The translations under genes were made by a program, and so were the position numbers. Positions 52,267 to 64,000 of a DNA stretch of 64,000 nt are shown in pieces (position 1 is the first letter of the stretch; every line of letters begins with the position of its first letter). The DNA is from Tubulanus polymorphus. Lineage: Eukaryota; Animalia; Nemertea. The stretch lies in assembly GCF_964204645.1 (NCBI RefSeq), contig NC_134031.1:19289910-19353909 (forward strand). The letters run 5' to 3'. The notes beneath the pieces are model-generated. The model searched no databases and was not told the origin of the DNA. It saw only the letters and a program-made list of their open reading frames with translations.

Positions 52267-54824
52267 CGGGATTAATCAATACTTTCTGAAGTCAAGGTCA
52301 CGGATGTGACGTATACCGTGACATGGAGGCCTGAAATAAGCCTCTTTGGCTTTAAACTGTAGATTTCACATCAAGAATGATTCTATGCTGCACCGTTATG
52401 TTCATTTGCTCAAAGAATATTCGTTACGTTAGTATTTACTATAGGAATTTCTCAGACAGCTGTTATCACTGTAAATATGTAAGGAGTTCTTACTACAACC
52501 ACAGAACTCGCTTCTCACCTTGCAGTCACACACCGTGTATATGAAGTATTAATTGCGTATTCTGGTACGGAAAGAAAGTATAGACGAAAGGCAATCAAGA
52601 CCGAAAGAAAATGTCGGTTAAAGAGGTCGGCACGGATGACAAAGTCAAGGAGTTTACAAGCGTCTTGCGCGTGGACGAAAGGAGACTAGTCACGGTTTAT
52701 GTGCGGCTTCGTTACCGGATTCAGTTCCACGGTTTGTCATTTCGCCAGTCGAATTTTGAAATCAATTCCTTCGCTTTTCAATATTTCAAGTCAAATAGTC
52801 TCGAGTCAATTTAATCGAGTAGCGTGCAATGGGATCCAGTTTATGTAAACCCCTGAGTGAAACGGTTAAGCCCCAGTCTATTATGCAGGTATCGCTTTGT
52901 TGATGATTGAAAAAAATTAAGCGGCTGATATGATCCGATCCGCCAGATTCCTAAACGCTCCGAAGAATACGTTCGTCTATCATACTCATTTATAGGCGTT
53001 ATCGATACCCAATGCGCACCTGGGTAATTAATTGCAGTGTATCAATGTATAGGTCATTTTCCTATGATAGCCTCGTCGTTCTTTCCATCGTCACCAGCGG
53101 GTATCACTATATACCAAAGACCCACCAAATATCTCATCAACTCTCCAACTCCAAACTTCGCAGCAAATTGAAAATGCTTTAGTGTTTCTAACATATCCGT
53201 TTGAAATGTGCCGTCGATTGCCTTCCCAGTCTGAGAAGAAATATTTGAGGTCTTGAGTTTCTAAGAGATTAAAATCCTAAGCCCCGCTTAACACAAGACC
53301 TTACCACCTAAGAGGGCTTCCGTCTTAAGAGTTTAGAGGGCGTCCTGGGTTCAGTGACACCCGTAGCGCTCTCGGTGGAAGGGTTAAGCAATGAAAGCAA
53401 TCGTATTTACGTCGAGGGGTTGACGGAGAGTCTGACAAAATTTACATGTTCGAGGTGGTGATATTGGTGGTACGTGTATTACTTCTCAAAATCAATTTAG
53501 CTATTAACCGTACCAGTGTACAGCTGTGGCGATTAAATTAGTGCCAACAAAGATACACTCGTCGCAGTCGTGCAACGTATATATGGAACTGTCGGTGTTT
53601 AGAGCATCAGAGCATGTTTCCCAGCCACGTATTATACGTGGCAACTTGTACAAAAAGGAAAAAACACAAACTGATAATTTTCATCCAAAAATATAGAGAA
53701 ATCCATCCCCGAACCTCGACGCATGAATTCAATACACGAACGTACTATTTATAATATTTTGCAGCGATGCGTATCAATCGATTGGAATTTTTCTTGTTCT
53801 CGGTGTAAGTAAACACGCGTGTTTATTATAGCGGGGCATATTTCGATACAATAAAGAAAATATCGTCTCGGGACTCGCTGCTCGAAGCAATCGTTTGAAG
53901 TGTACGAATTTCCGTGGTATGTTTTTGTCTACTGGAGTGGATCTTGGCCGGCGCTGGCTGAAGGCTGCCTGACTCTGACTCGCCCGCCTTTAGAATATTA
54001 ATATCGTAACACGTATTATATGGTCATCATTTTCCAAACTGATGCGCAGTTTCTCCGAAGGTACATTTTTTTCGAATTCGATGATCTCATATATTTCTTC
54101 GGGTTTCAATATCGTCAATACACAATGACAATATCATTGATAACGACCATTTTAGTGTGAATTGTATATAATGCACAATAAACAAATATTTCGGTAACTA
54201 TGAAGTATTGCTTGAAGAGAAGCGAATTTTGTCTATTGGATCGGGACCGTTACTGACTATTTCGGAAATATTACCGACGAATTTATGAAATAAAGGCTTT
54301 TTTCATCAAAAGCAGTTACGTAAGTACTAGAACATTACGATGTATGTAAGAAAAGAAATATTCCTTTTATATTTCAGCGATGCCGCCTGGAGAATCCAAC
54401 AAAATATAGGAGCTGTAAGATTTGACGTGTGATTCATGTTTTTTTTTTCTCGTGCGAGTGCGATACAATCGTTATTTAATATAGATGTTGTCGCCGAGGA
54501 CACGAATACACTATACGTACTTAAACGTTGAGTGATGATGTTGCAACTGCCCTGACTCAAATATGCGTGATTACAAAACCATGCATTAGCAATGACTATT
54601 GCAGGTTATAGATATTAAACGCCCGCGCAGTCAGTATAAGGCTATATGATATTAAATAGTCTATTTACCTCCGTTAAGCCTCGGTGAATGCAGTCTCCAG
54701 CTGATATGGAAACATTGATATTCCCGCCATGAAGGCATTGTGATTGCAGCTTTCCACTGCTTCACCGTACATCAATGTGTTGCAGGTTTCCTTTTCTTTC
54801 CTTGCCTTCTACTTCTTACCCTCG

Positions 54825-54832
54825 CTCTCTCC

Positions 54833-54866
<34 letters not shown>
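54825..54866. repeat. (CT)n microsatellite; a (GA)n tract also occurs at 55499-55521
   Basis: Directly visible dinucleotide runs. Confidence 0.9.
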
Positions 54867-57854
54867 TGCTTCCGTGTTATAAGTGTGATGCACTATAATA
54901 CTGTTTTATTAGCCGACATTATCCGATGCGTTAGTCAACCGACAAACGAACCTGGCTGATCCATTGGATGGAATCAAGTGAGTGGATAGAGAGGTGGTGT
55001 AACGATACTACACGCGTTTACGCTGCCGACGGACGTTCAGAAACAACGTTAATAAACAGTTTATACAACAGCCGCAGCGGCTGAATCTGAATTCATCCCT
55101 CCTCTCACACTGACGGTGTAGCAGGTTACGTATTACGATATCCTTGGAAAACTATTCGTGCACTGTCCTGTATGAATAATACCGCTCTGCAGTTCCTTAG
55201 CTCATCTTCTTAACAAAAAACTAATTATCGTCTGAGAAAGCATTATTTGATACGCGTGCTCCGACGACGGGCTTCGGTAAGCAGAACCTCCCAATGGAGG
55301 ACACTGCAGTCTTGCGTATGGATGCAACGAACTTCCCAGATAGAGAGATGTCAATAGTCGGTCCACAAGGACCCAGTAAAAGCAATAAAGTGCGTATATG
55401 CGGCTGCTAACTCATGATGCAGTACTGGCATCGCGATAAATACGGTCGCATAATGCTGAGAGCTAGAACTAAACCGATCATTACAGTTAGAGGAGGCCGA
55501 GAGAGAGAGAGAGAGAGAGAGCGTGAGCGAGAACCTATTATTTCATAATTTCAAGTTCGCGCAGAGCCATGTGCGCTAGCTATCACCCAGGTATACATAT
55601 CATCCCATTAAAACGTTCGACGCATTAAATACGGTTATGAGATCCAGAGCAGTGCTAGCGAGCTGAGCCGTGTACGCAATAAAATACCCGATTTAAAACA
55701 TCGAAGGCAGGAATTATTTTCAAATTAACGTCGATCAAGAAATCGAAATGATTATATGGCAGATGATAGAACGTGTAAAGGGATAGATTTATGATTTTTC
55801 GAACTGTTTTTGTTATTCTACATAAGTAGAACACAATCGTGAACCCGATGCCTAATTTGGTAGATTAATTACGGCTTTTCCGGCGCACCAACCTACGCGC
55901 AACATAACATCATATTTAGGCTATATTAATTAGTAAGTTGACATAATCGTTTCAATAATCAAAGTGGAAAATGCCAGGAACTGCCTTGCATCTGTTGTAT
56001 CATAAGCAACCGAATCGCTGCCAAAAATAACCACCTATATCGAATATTCGAATCAATTAAACCAGGGTAATGTCCGTTTTCACGAATTGATATTAGAAGA
56101 CCTCGTAATGTATTCATATAATATGTATTGATCATCATATATATTAGCGAATTGATGTCATCCTGGTGGGCAAAATATGAATAACCACTTAACCATCAAT
56201 ATTTTACTGCTATCTTTAGGCCTACTTTGAAAACAACGAGATAACTGTCAAATTTAAATGTCATCGATATTCGAACGATAATTCTATTTACAACATAGCC
56301 CGGTATTTCTGATCTATTAATTTTCATCACCGCATCTACGACGGTAACATGAAACGAACTGCCCACGGGCCACGATACATAGTTCTGACTATAGAATCGT
56401 ATTAGATATGATATCTATAACGCTTGTAACCTGTTAAGTTCTATGCCGCGTGACAAAAGAATTAATCGTGAATTTGGTTATTTATAGTGGCTAGTGTTTT
56501 TTTCCAATTCGTACGGCATAATAATATGAATAAAACGGCAAATACGCGGGGGTGTCTTTATACATGTTTTTAGATGAAGCCTTCGGGATAAGATTTGGTC
56601 GCTGTGTTGTTGATTTTTAAGCTAGAAATAACGATGCGGATGACGTGGCGATACGTCCGTGTTACCCCACAGGATAAAACTCTCTCCCTCCTCTTATTTC
56701 AGACCCGAGTCAATTAAGGGACAAAGTGTTGGATTACATATTTTTGTTGTCTTTCTGTAAACATGGGAAAATAAGTTAATTCACATTATGAAATCACCGT
56801 TCATCCGGTCTGTGGACATTTTTGCATGAGATCTTCTCGCGACTGAAATGTATATCCTTTAACTTACCGCATAATACAAACGGTCAAAGTGGATGTGGGC
56901 GAGATTTAGTTCTTTGCACACGTTGAAACGATAAAGGGGGCGCTCGAATCAGATTGCGTAGGTGAACGACAACGTGTCGAATCGGTACAATACGTCCTCT
57001 TCGGAAGATAGAATTCAAATTTTACCGGCCATCAAAATAGGGATGGTACTTTTAAGAATCGATGATTTAGTGAAATCACGCTGATACGATATCCGTGTAC
57101 TTTACTACGGGCTGGTCTCCGAGTCAATAATTAGGATGAATAACTGTTCCGAGGAGTGTCAAAATACATGCACCTTGTAATGCATATTTGGAGTTTTGAA
57201 ATGACAAATTCAATTTAGTCCGATTATAGATCACATTACCCGATGTAGCAAACTCAGATGAATATCATAGCATGATTTCGCCTTAGGTTAAAAAAAAAAA
57301 TTATGAACCTCCATACAATCTACTACAGAGCTTTAAGTCGGAGCCATTCCCGCATAAAAACCGTACACATCGAGACCTTTTCTTGTGCGAGCGTCCCCGG
57401 TAAGGCGTAACTTTCTCAACGGCCGAGCTAAGCGAGACGAAAAAGAAGCCCTTTAACAAATCTCCACTAAAATCGATGCTAAATAATGGAATCTTTCACA
57501 GACATAAATCCCCTACCGTTACGCGTTGTCGATTGTACGGATAAAACCTCGATGATAACGCCCACTGGACGCCAAATCCTCTTACAGTGTGAGAAATGGC
57601 TGAGTATCATGGTTTTATCGCACTAGGATATTCCCTAGCGGAACTACTCGTTTAGTCTTGTCCATATGGGTCCTATTAGCCATAATTGGCAAGATTTTGC
57701 CCGGAATCTCGTTGATGCACACCAGAACATGCACACCAGAAAACTAACTTGAATGTTTATCGATGCCTTGAAGAAAGATAACATATATATTTCTTAATAT
57801 TTTCGACAATAGATAAAATAATATGATATTTAAGTATCAATTAAGTTATATTGG

Positions 57855-58160
57855 ATTTGAATATCGATAATTGAATTGAATTTACCGGCAACCAGTCTAT
57901 CCCCAATATATTGATGACGTAGTGCACATTCTCTCAAAAATAATAATTGAAATTCGTCAAATATAACATAAGAGTTATGAAATATATCTAATAACAAAAT
58001 AAACACCACAGTTCACAATCATATTTGTTATCTTAAAACACCAATATTGATTACGTAGTGCACGTCGACACACACAGAACCTCTTGAATAACGCACACTA
58101 GGTATCAATGAATACACACATTATTATAATGGTTTTTACAGCGTCAAAAATGAAAGAAAA
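57855..58160 (-). repeat. Dispersed ~320-bp repeat, copy 2 (inverted)
   Basis: Reverse complement of 50595-50915 with substitutions and indels. Confidence 0.85.
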
Positions 58161-59849
58161 CATTGTTTGTTAATGAAAAACATCGAAGAGCCTGAGGCCC
58201 GTTTCACACAACAAGTTGAAACTTCATTAGTCACATAAACACAATACTGAGGAGACTTGAAATTCTGCACCTCTGGCACCACCCACAAATTTGACCGTAT
58301 AGGAAACCATCTATTTTCTGTAAGTTAAACTAGAGTCAAGCAGATGGGACTGGCACCAGAACTCAAACAAGTTTACACGTGAGCCGCGCCGCGCGACCAT
58401 TCCGAACTTGACAAACGTTTAAAAATGCTAATTATTCGCCGTGAAGGAGAAAGTTTCTTTGCGCTGCTTACCTTATATACTTATATCTAGTGACATCATT
58501 CCACCGCAGAGAAGAGTCGACTGGTGATGACGATATCCAAATGATCACGGAAGTATCGACGAAAAACCTTTGCCCTTACGTATCATATCACAGATGTAAA
58601 TGTTATCTCGATTAAAACTCAAAACCCTGATTATTTGATTAAAAACAACAGACAGTGAATCAGTTAATACATAATTATCATAAGGAACCGGCGCAGGTTC
58701 CGCGCTTCCCCCAAAGGTTGATATAAATTCCTTCGCATTTATCGACAAAACAGAATCAAACTTCGTCGTCGCCGCTGCGAATTGAATTCCAGCAAAATAA
58801 CGTAATTGCATAAACATCATTCATGTTCACACCCACGCTTATCAATTCCCGAATCATTTATCTCATCTTGTTTCAATTTGAGCGGATAATGTCGCAGCCG
58901 AATTCTGCCAGTTGTCAACTATAACGGCGTCAAATTCAACACGCAATGTTACTCGTTTACGAGTAGAATAAAATGAAAGTTAGTCGCACCGCGGGAACGC
59001 CGGTCAAAATACTGGACACCATGGACTTTCATTTATTAGTTGACGCGTCTGATTACCGAAGATCATTGTTATTGGTTAGTGAGGTCGTCATATAATCTGT
59101 AGCCGACACGTAAGGAATGCGTGGGCGCGTGAGCGCACACGCATTCGTATAAATCATTTAGTCGTATTCATCCGAAGAACAAAGCTCCATTCCGTGTAAA
59201 CATCCTTCGTTCGAAAGATTTCGCATAAAACTATTATCTGGACGATTTCGAATAGTTGATTATGCGGTTAGCGAAGTACTTCACGGCGAACGTACGCCGC
59301 GCCTTGGAGGTGTAACTTTGCCAATTTCCTTGTTGAACTAACGGGCAGCGGCGATCTCGTGCGATCAAATATTTAAAGGCGTCTTAATAGAACCAATGGC
59401 GACTAATTCATTTCCAAACAGTCGGGAAATTAATTCATTTACTTCGTCGGTCAGTTGTCTGAATCTAGGTTCATGTTATCATTGTTCTCTTTAGTCCATC
59501 CTTTCGACCACGATTGTTCTGTTTACCGAATTGACAAATATCGCGCGTTTATTCGATTTAGAGCAATTCTATAAAACTTCGCAAGTGACTAAGACCAAAA
59601 GTTTGTTAATCGGCAAATTTAGATTAATTAACATTTTGCATGTACACGTTATACAATCGAATCCCACGACATAGAAAAAAAACCAATTCCCGAATGTTTC
59701 CTTGAACCTGGAGTTTATTTTGACCTTTTTTTACAGTAATTTTCGGGAGTTCTTAGGTTAAAGCAAAATTACAATCCAGAACAATGGCACCAGTTAAAGC
59801 AATCACAAGTTATACAAACAGGGAGTAATACAAAATAAAAATTGTGCAT

Positions 59850-60350
59850 AGTGTTTATATTAGATTCAGATTTGATCTGCCTTTAAGAATAAAATCTGTT
59901 AGCTTCCTTAAGACGTATTTGATATAGTTTCATTGTTTTGGATTGTATATCATTTTGCAATTTTGCTGTAACTTCCTGAAGATGACTAACACGTAGTTGA
60001 AATAATCTCCTACTTGAAGGAAACATTTAGGACTCGTGTTTCGTAAGTATATTGGGATTAGGTCGTTTAATTAATCGAGGATGTTTTTGCGTGGGTGCAG
60101 CTTCAGACATGTCGAACGGGCAGATAATGCATCTAATACCTGTTTCTTACGGTCGTGTTTACAGGATTATGTTCCATTGTTTTTCGACGGTGCATGGTTT
60201 GATGACATTAAGCCGGTATTGCAGGTTTTTGATTTGATACCTGGTGCTTCGTTAGCCTGCGAAAGTCAGAAATATCTGCGAGAATGTGATTTTTTTTTCT
60301 CATTTTCGGTGTTGGCGTATAAGCCAACTTTTGCAGAGAATTTTTGCTAG
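59850..60350. mobile_element. Decayed Penelope-like retroelement remnant
   Basis: Minus strand 60350-60020 gives YTPTPK...ILADISDFRRL...KQVLDA...NILTKHE across frameshifts, resembling the PTP...DF.RRLR...NLT.EE N-terminus of Penelope-type ORFs. The adjacent plus strand has CTGAAGA-T-GACTA-acacg-TAGTT-GAAA at 59976-60002. Confidence 0.5.
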
Positions 60351-61799
60351 ACCGACCGCATTAACGTTATGGAATGGCTTCTTTTTGAAAAGCTTATCGC
60401 GTAACAGTCTAGACAGATAATTACGATAGACGTTTCTTGACAACACACGAGAGTGCCACTATTTTGTTAACTATTTACTAATCCATTCATTGATGATAAT
60501 TTTTCATAATCTTTTCACGATTATTTCATGATTCGCTAGAAAATCAATTTCACGTCAAATGAATGATAAAAAGCTACGATAGGTAAAGATAAACTATTGC
60601 TTGGAATTTGAGAGTATACCGGGTTCTGATTTTGACATAATGCCGAAATGTTGCAGTTCTAATTATATGGTTCTAAATCCAGTGCAATGGGTTCCAATGG
60701 GGAACCCGTAACATCAGCTATAACACAAGATAGCGTGGCGAGCAATATGTTGTCCGTTGTCAAAATTCAATTTTTAATGAACTTTGAAACCGAATATTAG
60801 GCTCCCGAATCCATATAATATCATCACAGGACCTTCCGAATAAACAATAAATAAATTCGTTTACTCAGATATCGGTATACTTTTAATCAATTATTGATTC
60901 AATTGAGAAACAAAAATTCAGTTTTAATTGAAACGTAGAAGAAATCGAACTCGGAAGCCCAATTATCTACATGCAAACCTGTCGGATCCTCACCTGCCAT
61001 ACGTGGAATCCTCGATTGCCACGTTAGCGATGCGGGTACCCCATTCCATCTATTATGTTTCTCCGCGCGCGCCATGCGTTCCGGTCATCAATAATTGTGA
61101 AGTTTGAACGTGAAATCAACGAAAAAGTCTCAACAGCAGGAAACAAAACCCGGCGCTTGGAAAAATGTCCCCTTCCAACCATCAATTGTAACGCATCGCG
61201 CAGAGGATGTGGCGTTTGTGGGGACCTGTACGCTGATGGATTGATCGTATCCGTTTAGATTCTGCTTCCAATTCGTTCGTCATTACGGGTCCACCTACAC
61301 CTGACGAGTCCAGCATCGTCAACAGATACTGATAGCAATTCATCACGTTGCTTCGACATCATAAATGTCTTGTTTCGTCTTTCCAAGTCGTACGTCTTAA
61401 CGTTAATCGAATTTCTGTGCGTCGTCTTTCACGATCACGTCACACTCATTCACATGCCTGGGTTAGACGCGTTGTGGCCAGTCAGGTGCACGTGACGTAT
61501 TTCTATGTTCTTTTTGTTCTTAACCACGATAAAGAACTTTATGATTTCAATCGTAGCTAGTGGCGTATCCTTTCACAATCTCGCTCCCTTCATCGCCTAG
61601 TATTGAAATGTCAAGCTCTCGGCAAACTTTTGACACCATCCCTGCTCTGCAACAAGATTTCCTTTCCCCGAGGAGCATAAGATTTTGTAAATTATTCGCA
61701 CATATTCTAGCTGCGCATTTCATTTGAAAAGTGAATCCTAGAAACTTCTTCTAAAAGGGTGAATAAAACTGTCTAGTAATTTAATCAAGAACGTGGTTG

Positions 61800-62350
61800 T
61801 CTTTACAGAGTGCTGTGTATTTTTCAGGCTTCTCTTCGAACCGAGTTAAAAATGGCAAAAAGATCTGGAATTTTTATCCAGATCCAAATACCAGTTTAGA
61901 GTTCCATTTCTTTCAGCCATCAAAGATAATCTAGTGAACCTTCAAAGTTTCGAACTGCAAACTTTTCGATTAATTCCACGCGAATCTCGACGAGCTTTAA
62001 CTTAGATACACTTAGATCCACCTACAAGTATTTTTGTACAGGTTAAGTTTTTTTAGATCGTTTAAATCTTTTTGGAATCAATCCAGAAATCTAATTCTAG
62101 AAAGATTCTAGTTAAAGTGATGATAGGACCTGTTTGTTGTCGGCGTTATGAGATAGGATGCGCATCACAATCCATAGTGATGCTAGTTTTTGAAGAATTA
62201 ATACGCTTCGAGTCGGATAAGGTGTTTATTCAACTGCATACGCTTTAACCTTGTAGAGATAATCTAGAATTGTGCGACCTTTGACGCATTTTCAACCGCG
62301 TTCGTGATATATTTACACCACATTTAAACTGCGTAACCTCTGTAAGGGCA
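61800..62350 (-). mobile_element. Possible highly decayed LINE 3' remnant
   Basis: Broken frames with KKLNLYK and L.TG.W-like patches recalling L2/CR1-group tails; weak. Confidence 0.2.
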
Positions 62351-63594
62351 GTCATGTATAGGTCGGTAGGAGGATGTTGAATAAAATCAAGGCCAAACCC
62401 CGCATCCCATATCAATCAGTCTGCCCATCAACCTTTCTTTATATATAAATAAGTAAATAAAATTAGTAGATGTCTAGATATGATATTATCAATTTATCGC
62501 CATTTGCTTAACGTTTCCAAAATTTACGTGGTGACATTAACAAGAAAACGCCGACTCGACTCGAGAAATAGTGAATTAAACAGAATTGTAAACAGAAACG
62601 TACACGACGCGAAAGTCATTTGAAATTGGACACGATCGCAACAAACAATCTGTGATAATCTATTTTTAGCAAATTGTGGGTGAAACGTCATACGTGAATT
62701 CCATTTTTTGTTGATTGAATTGTCTTGTGAAAATCACGGCGCCGAAGCTCCCCATTTCACTGGAGATAGGAATAACCATCGTCCCCATTCACGCGGTATC
62801 GCTCGATCCGTCTGGAGAGGAATTTCGGTCCACGTTTATTGTGTTTGTTTTGTGTGACTTGAAAAAGATCCATCGCCTTCAGATTTTCATGTGTAACAAA
62901 TGAACGGTTACCGTCCATTTTCCCTAAAAAAAAATCTAAATGAGCATAGTTTATCACATATTGTTATATTAATGTAAACTCCTGAATAAGTCATCGAAAA
63001 CGTGAACACGATTCTGGATAACGTAGTTTTCTGTTTGACGTTGACCAGCGGTTGGAATGCTGGGTAAGCAGGTCATAGGTATTGGGTTTTACGAATTTCC
63101 TATTTGGGTAGATTTTGTTCAATACACGAAGTTCATTTTTTCATCGAAGTTCGGCTGGTTGTACTCTGAAGAAAACCAACTGTTGCTGCTATTTTGCATA
63201 GCATTTAATTCGTCGAATTAGTGTTAAGAGAATATTTGAAAGCCCGATTTCTATATGCTGTATACGAATCTCTATAGAAATGTCGTTAAGATTAGGTTGG
63301 AATACGTCCATAACAAGCAGGCACGATGCGCTGTCTGTGAAAGACTGTGAAATTGATTTCCAAATTAAGCAGACTATCAGACTTTGAGTTGCTAATAGCG
63401 CGACTCGTGGGACATCCAGTCGACTAGCTCTTGTCTGCTGTACACGTATACGCCACTTCTCATCCGTGATCGTGTGCCGATGAAAATTTCATGAGGCCGC
63501 TTCGTGATAAATGTCGCATTATATTAAAAAGGAGGCGTTCGACGAGTCTGGATCTGCTGGCAGACCCGACAATCGAGGGTAGCGTGGTTATGAT

Positions 63595-63660
63595 GTAAAG
63601 GTCAGTATAAAAGGCACCCGGTATTTAGCAAAAAACGACGCCGCCGACGCTTCGTAGAAT
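63595..63660 (+). promoter_or_regulatory. Possible TATA promoter of a gene continuing beyond the window
   Basis: TATAAAAGG at about 63607 preceded by an AGGTCA half-site and followed by GC-richer sequence, an ACCATG at about 63756 and GTAAAA donor-like sites. Confidence 0.3.
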
Positions 63661-64000
63661 TAAGCGTATCATCGCCGGATCATTCTTGCCACCTACAACT
63701 CGTTGTTGGTGTCTGCGCGGTGACATTATTTCCATTAGATATCCAGGCATCTGACACCATGATCAAAGGCGTACAGCGGTAAAATTGCTGTCATTATTGA
63801 ACATCTGCCGATGTATGAGGTAAAAATATTCCGGAATACTTGGCCGGAGATTGCTGGAACACTGCGTGGGAGGCTCCGTCTCCATAATCAAGGTTTATTA
63901 TCGGTGCGAAAATATCAGAATGATAAATATCAATTAGTGCAATCCTGAACGCTAAACCCGAAGTGCAAGCCTGAACACTTAACTGCGTTGAAAGTTTTCA

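Overview
AT-rich eukaryotic (invertebrate animal) genomic DNA with GT-AG spliceosomal introns; no prokaryotic features or CRISPR. The phylum cannot be read from the sequence. Seven protein-coding genes were reconstructed by hand with phase-consistent exons: a single-coding-exon UDP-glycosyltransferase (+) whose usual catalytic His appears replaced by Met, a 3CxxC zinc-finger RTP/ZAR1-family gene (+), COPS7 (-, one GC-AG intron), CENP-S (+), PEX10 (+), DDX31 (-, 16 exons), and a two-exon secreted precursor (-) with a six-cysteine core spaced like eclosion hormone. Between COPS7 and CENP-S lies a ~6 kb apparently spliced non-coding locus made of duplicated exon-like units and an inverted pair of RTE-like LINE fragments able to fold back, followed by a candidate C/D snoRNA and a structured segment. 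The last 17 kb has no recognisable coding exons but carries MITEs, a perfect (CTG)54 tract and a decayed Penelope-like element with a hammerhead-like motif. All family assignments come from motif recognition, not database searches.
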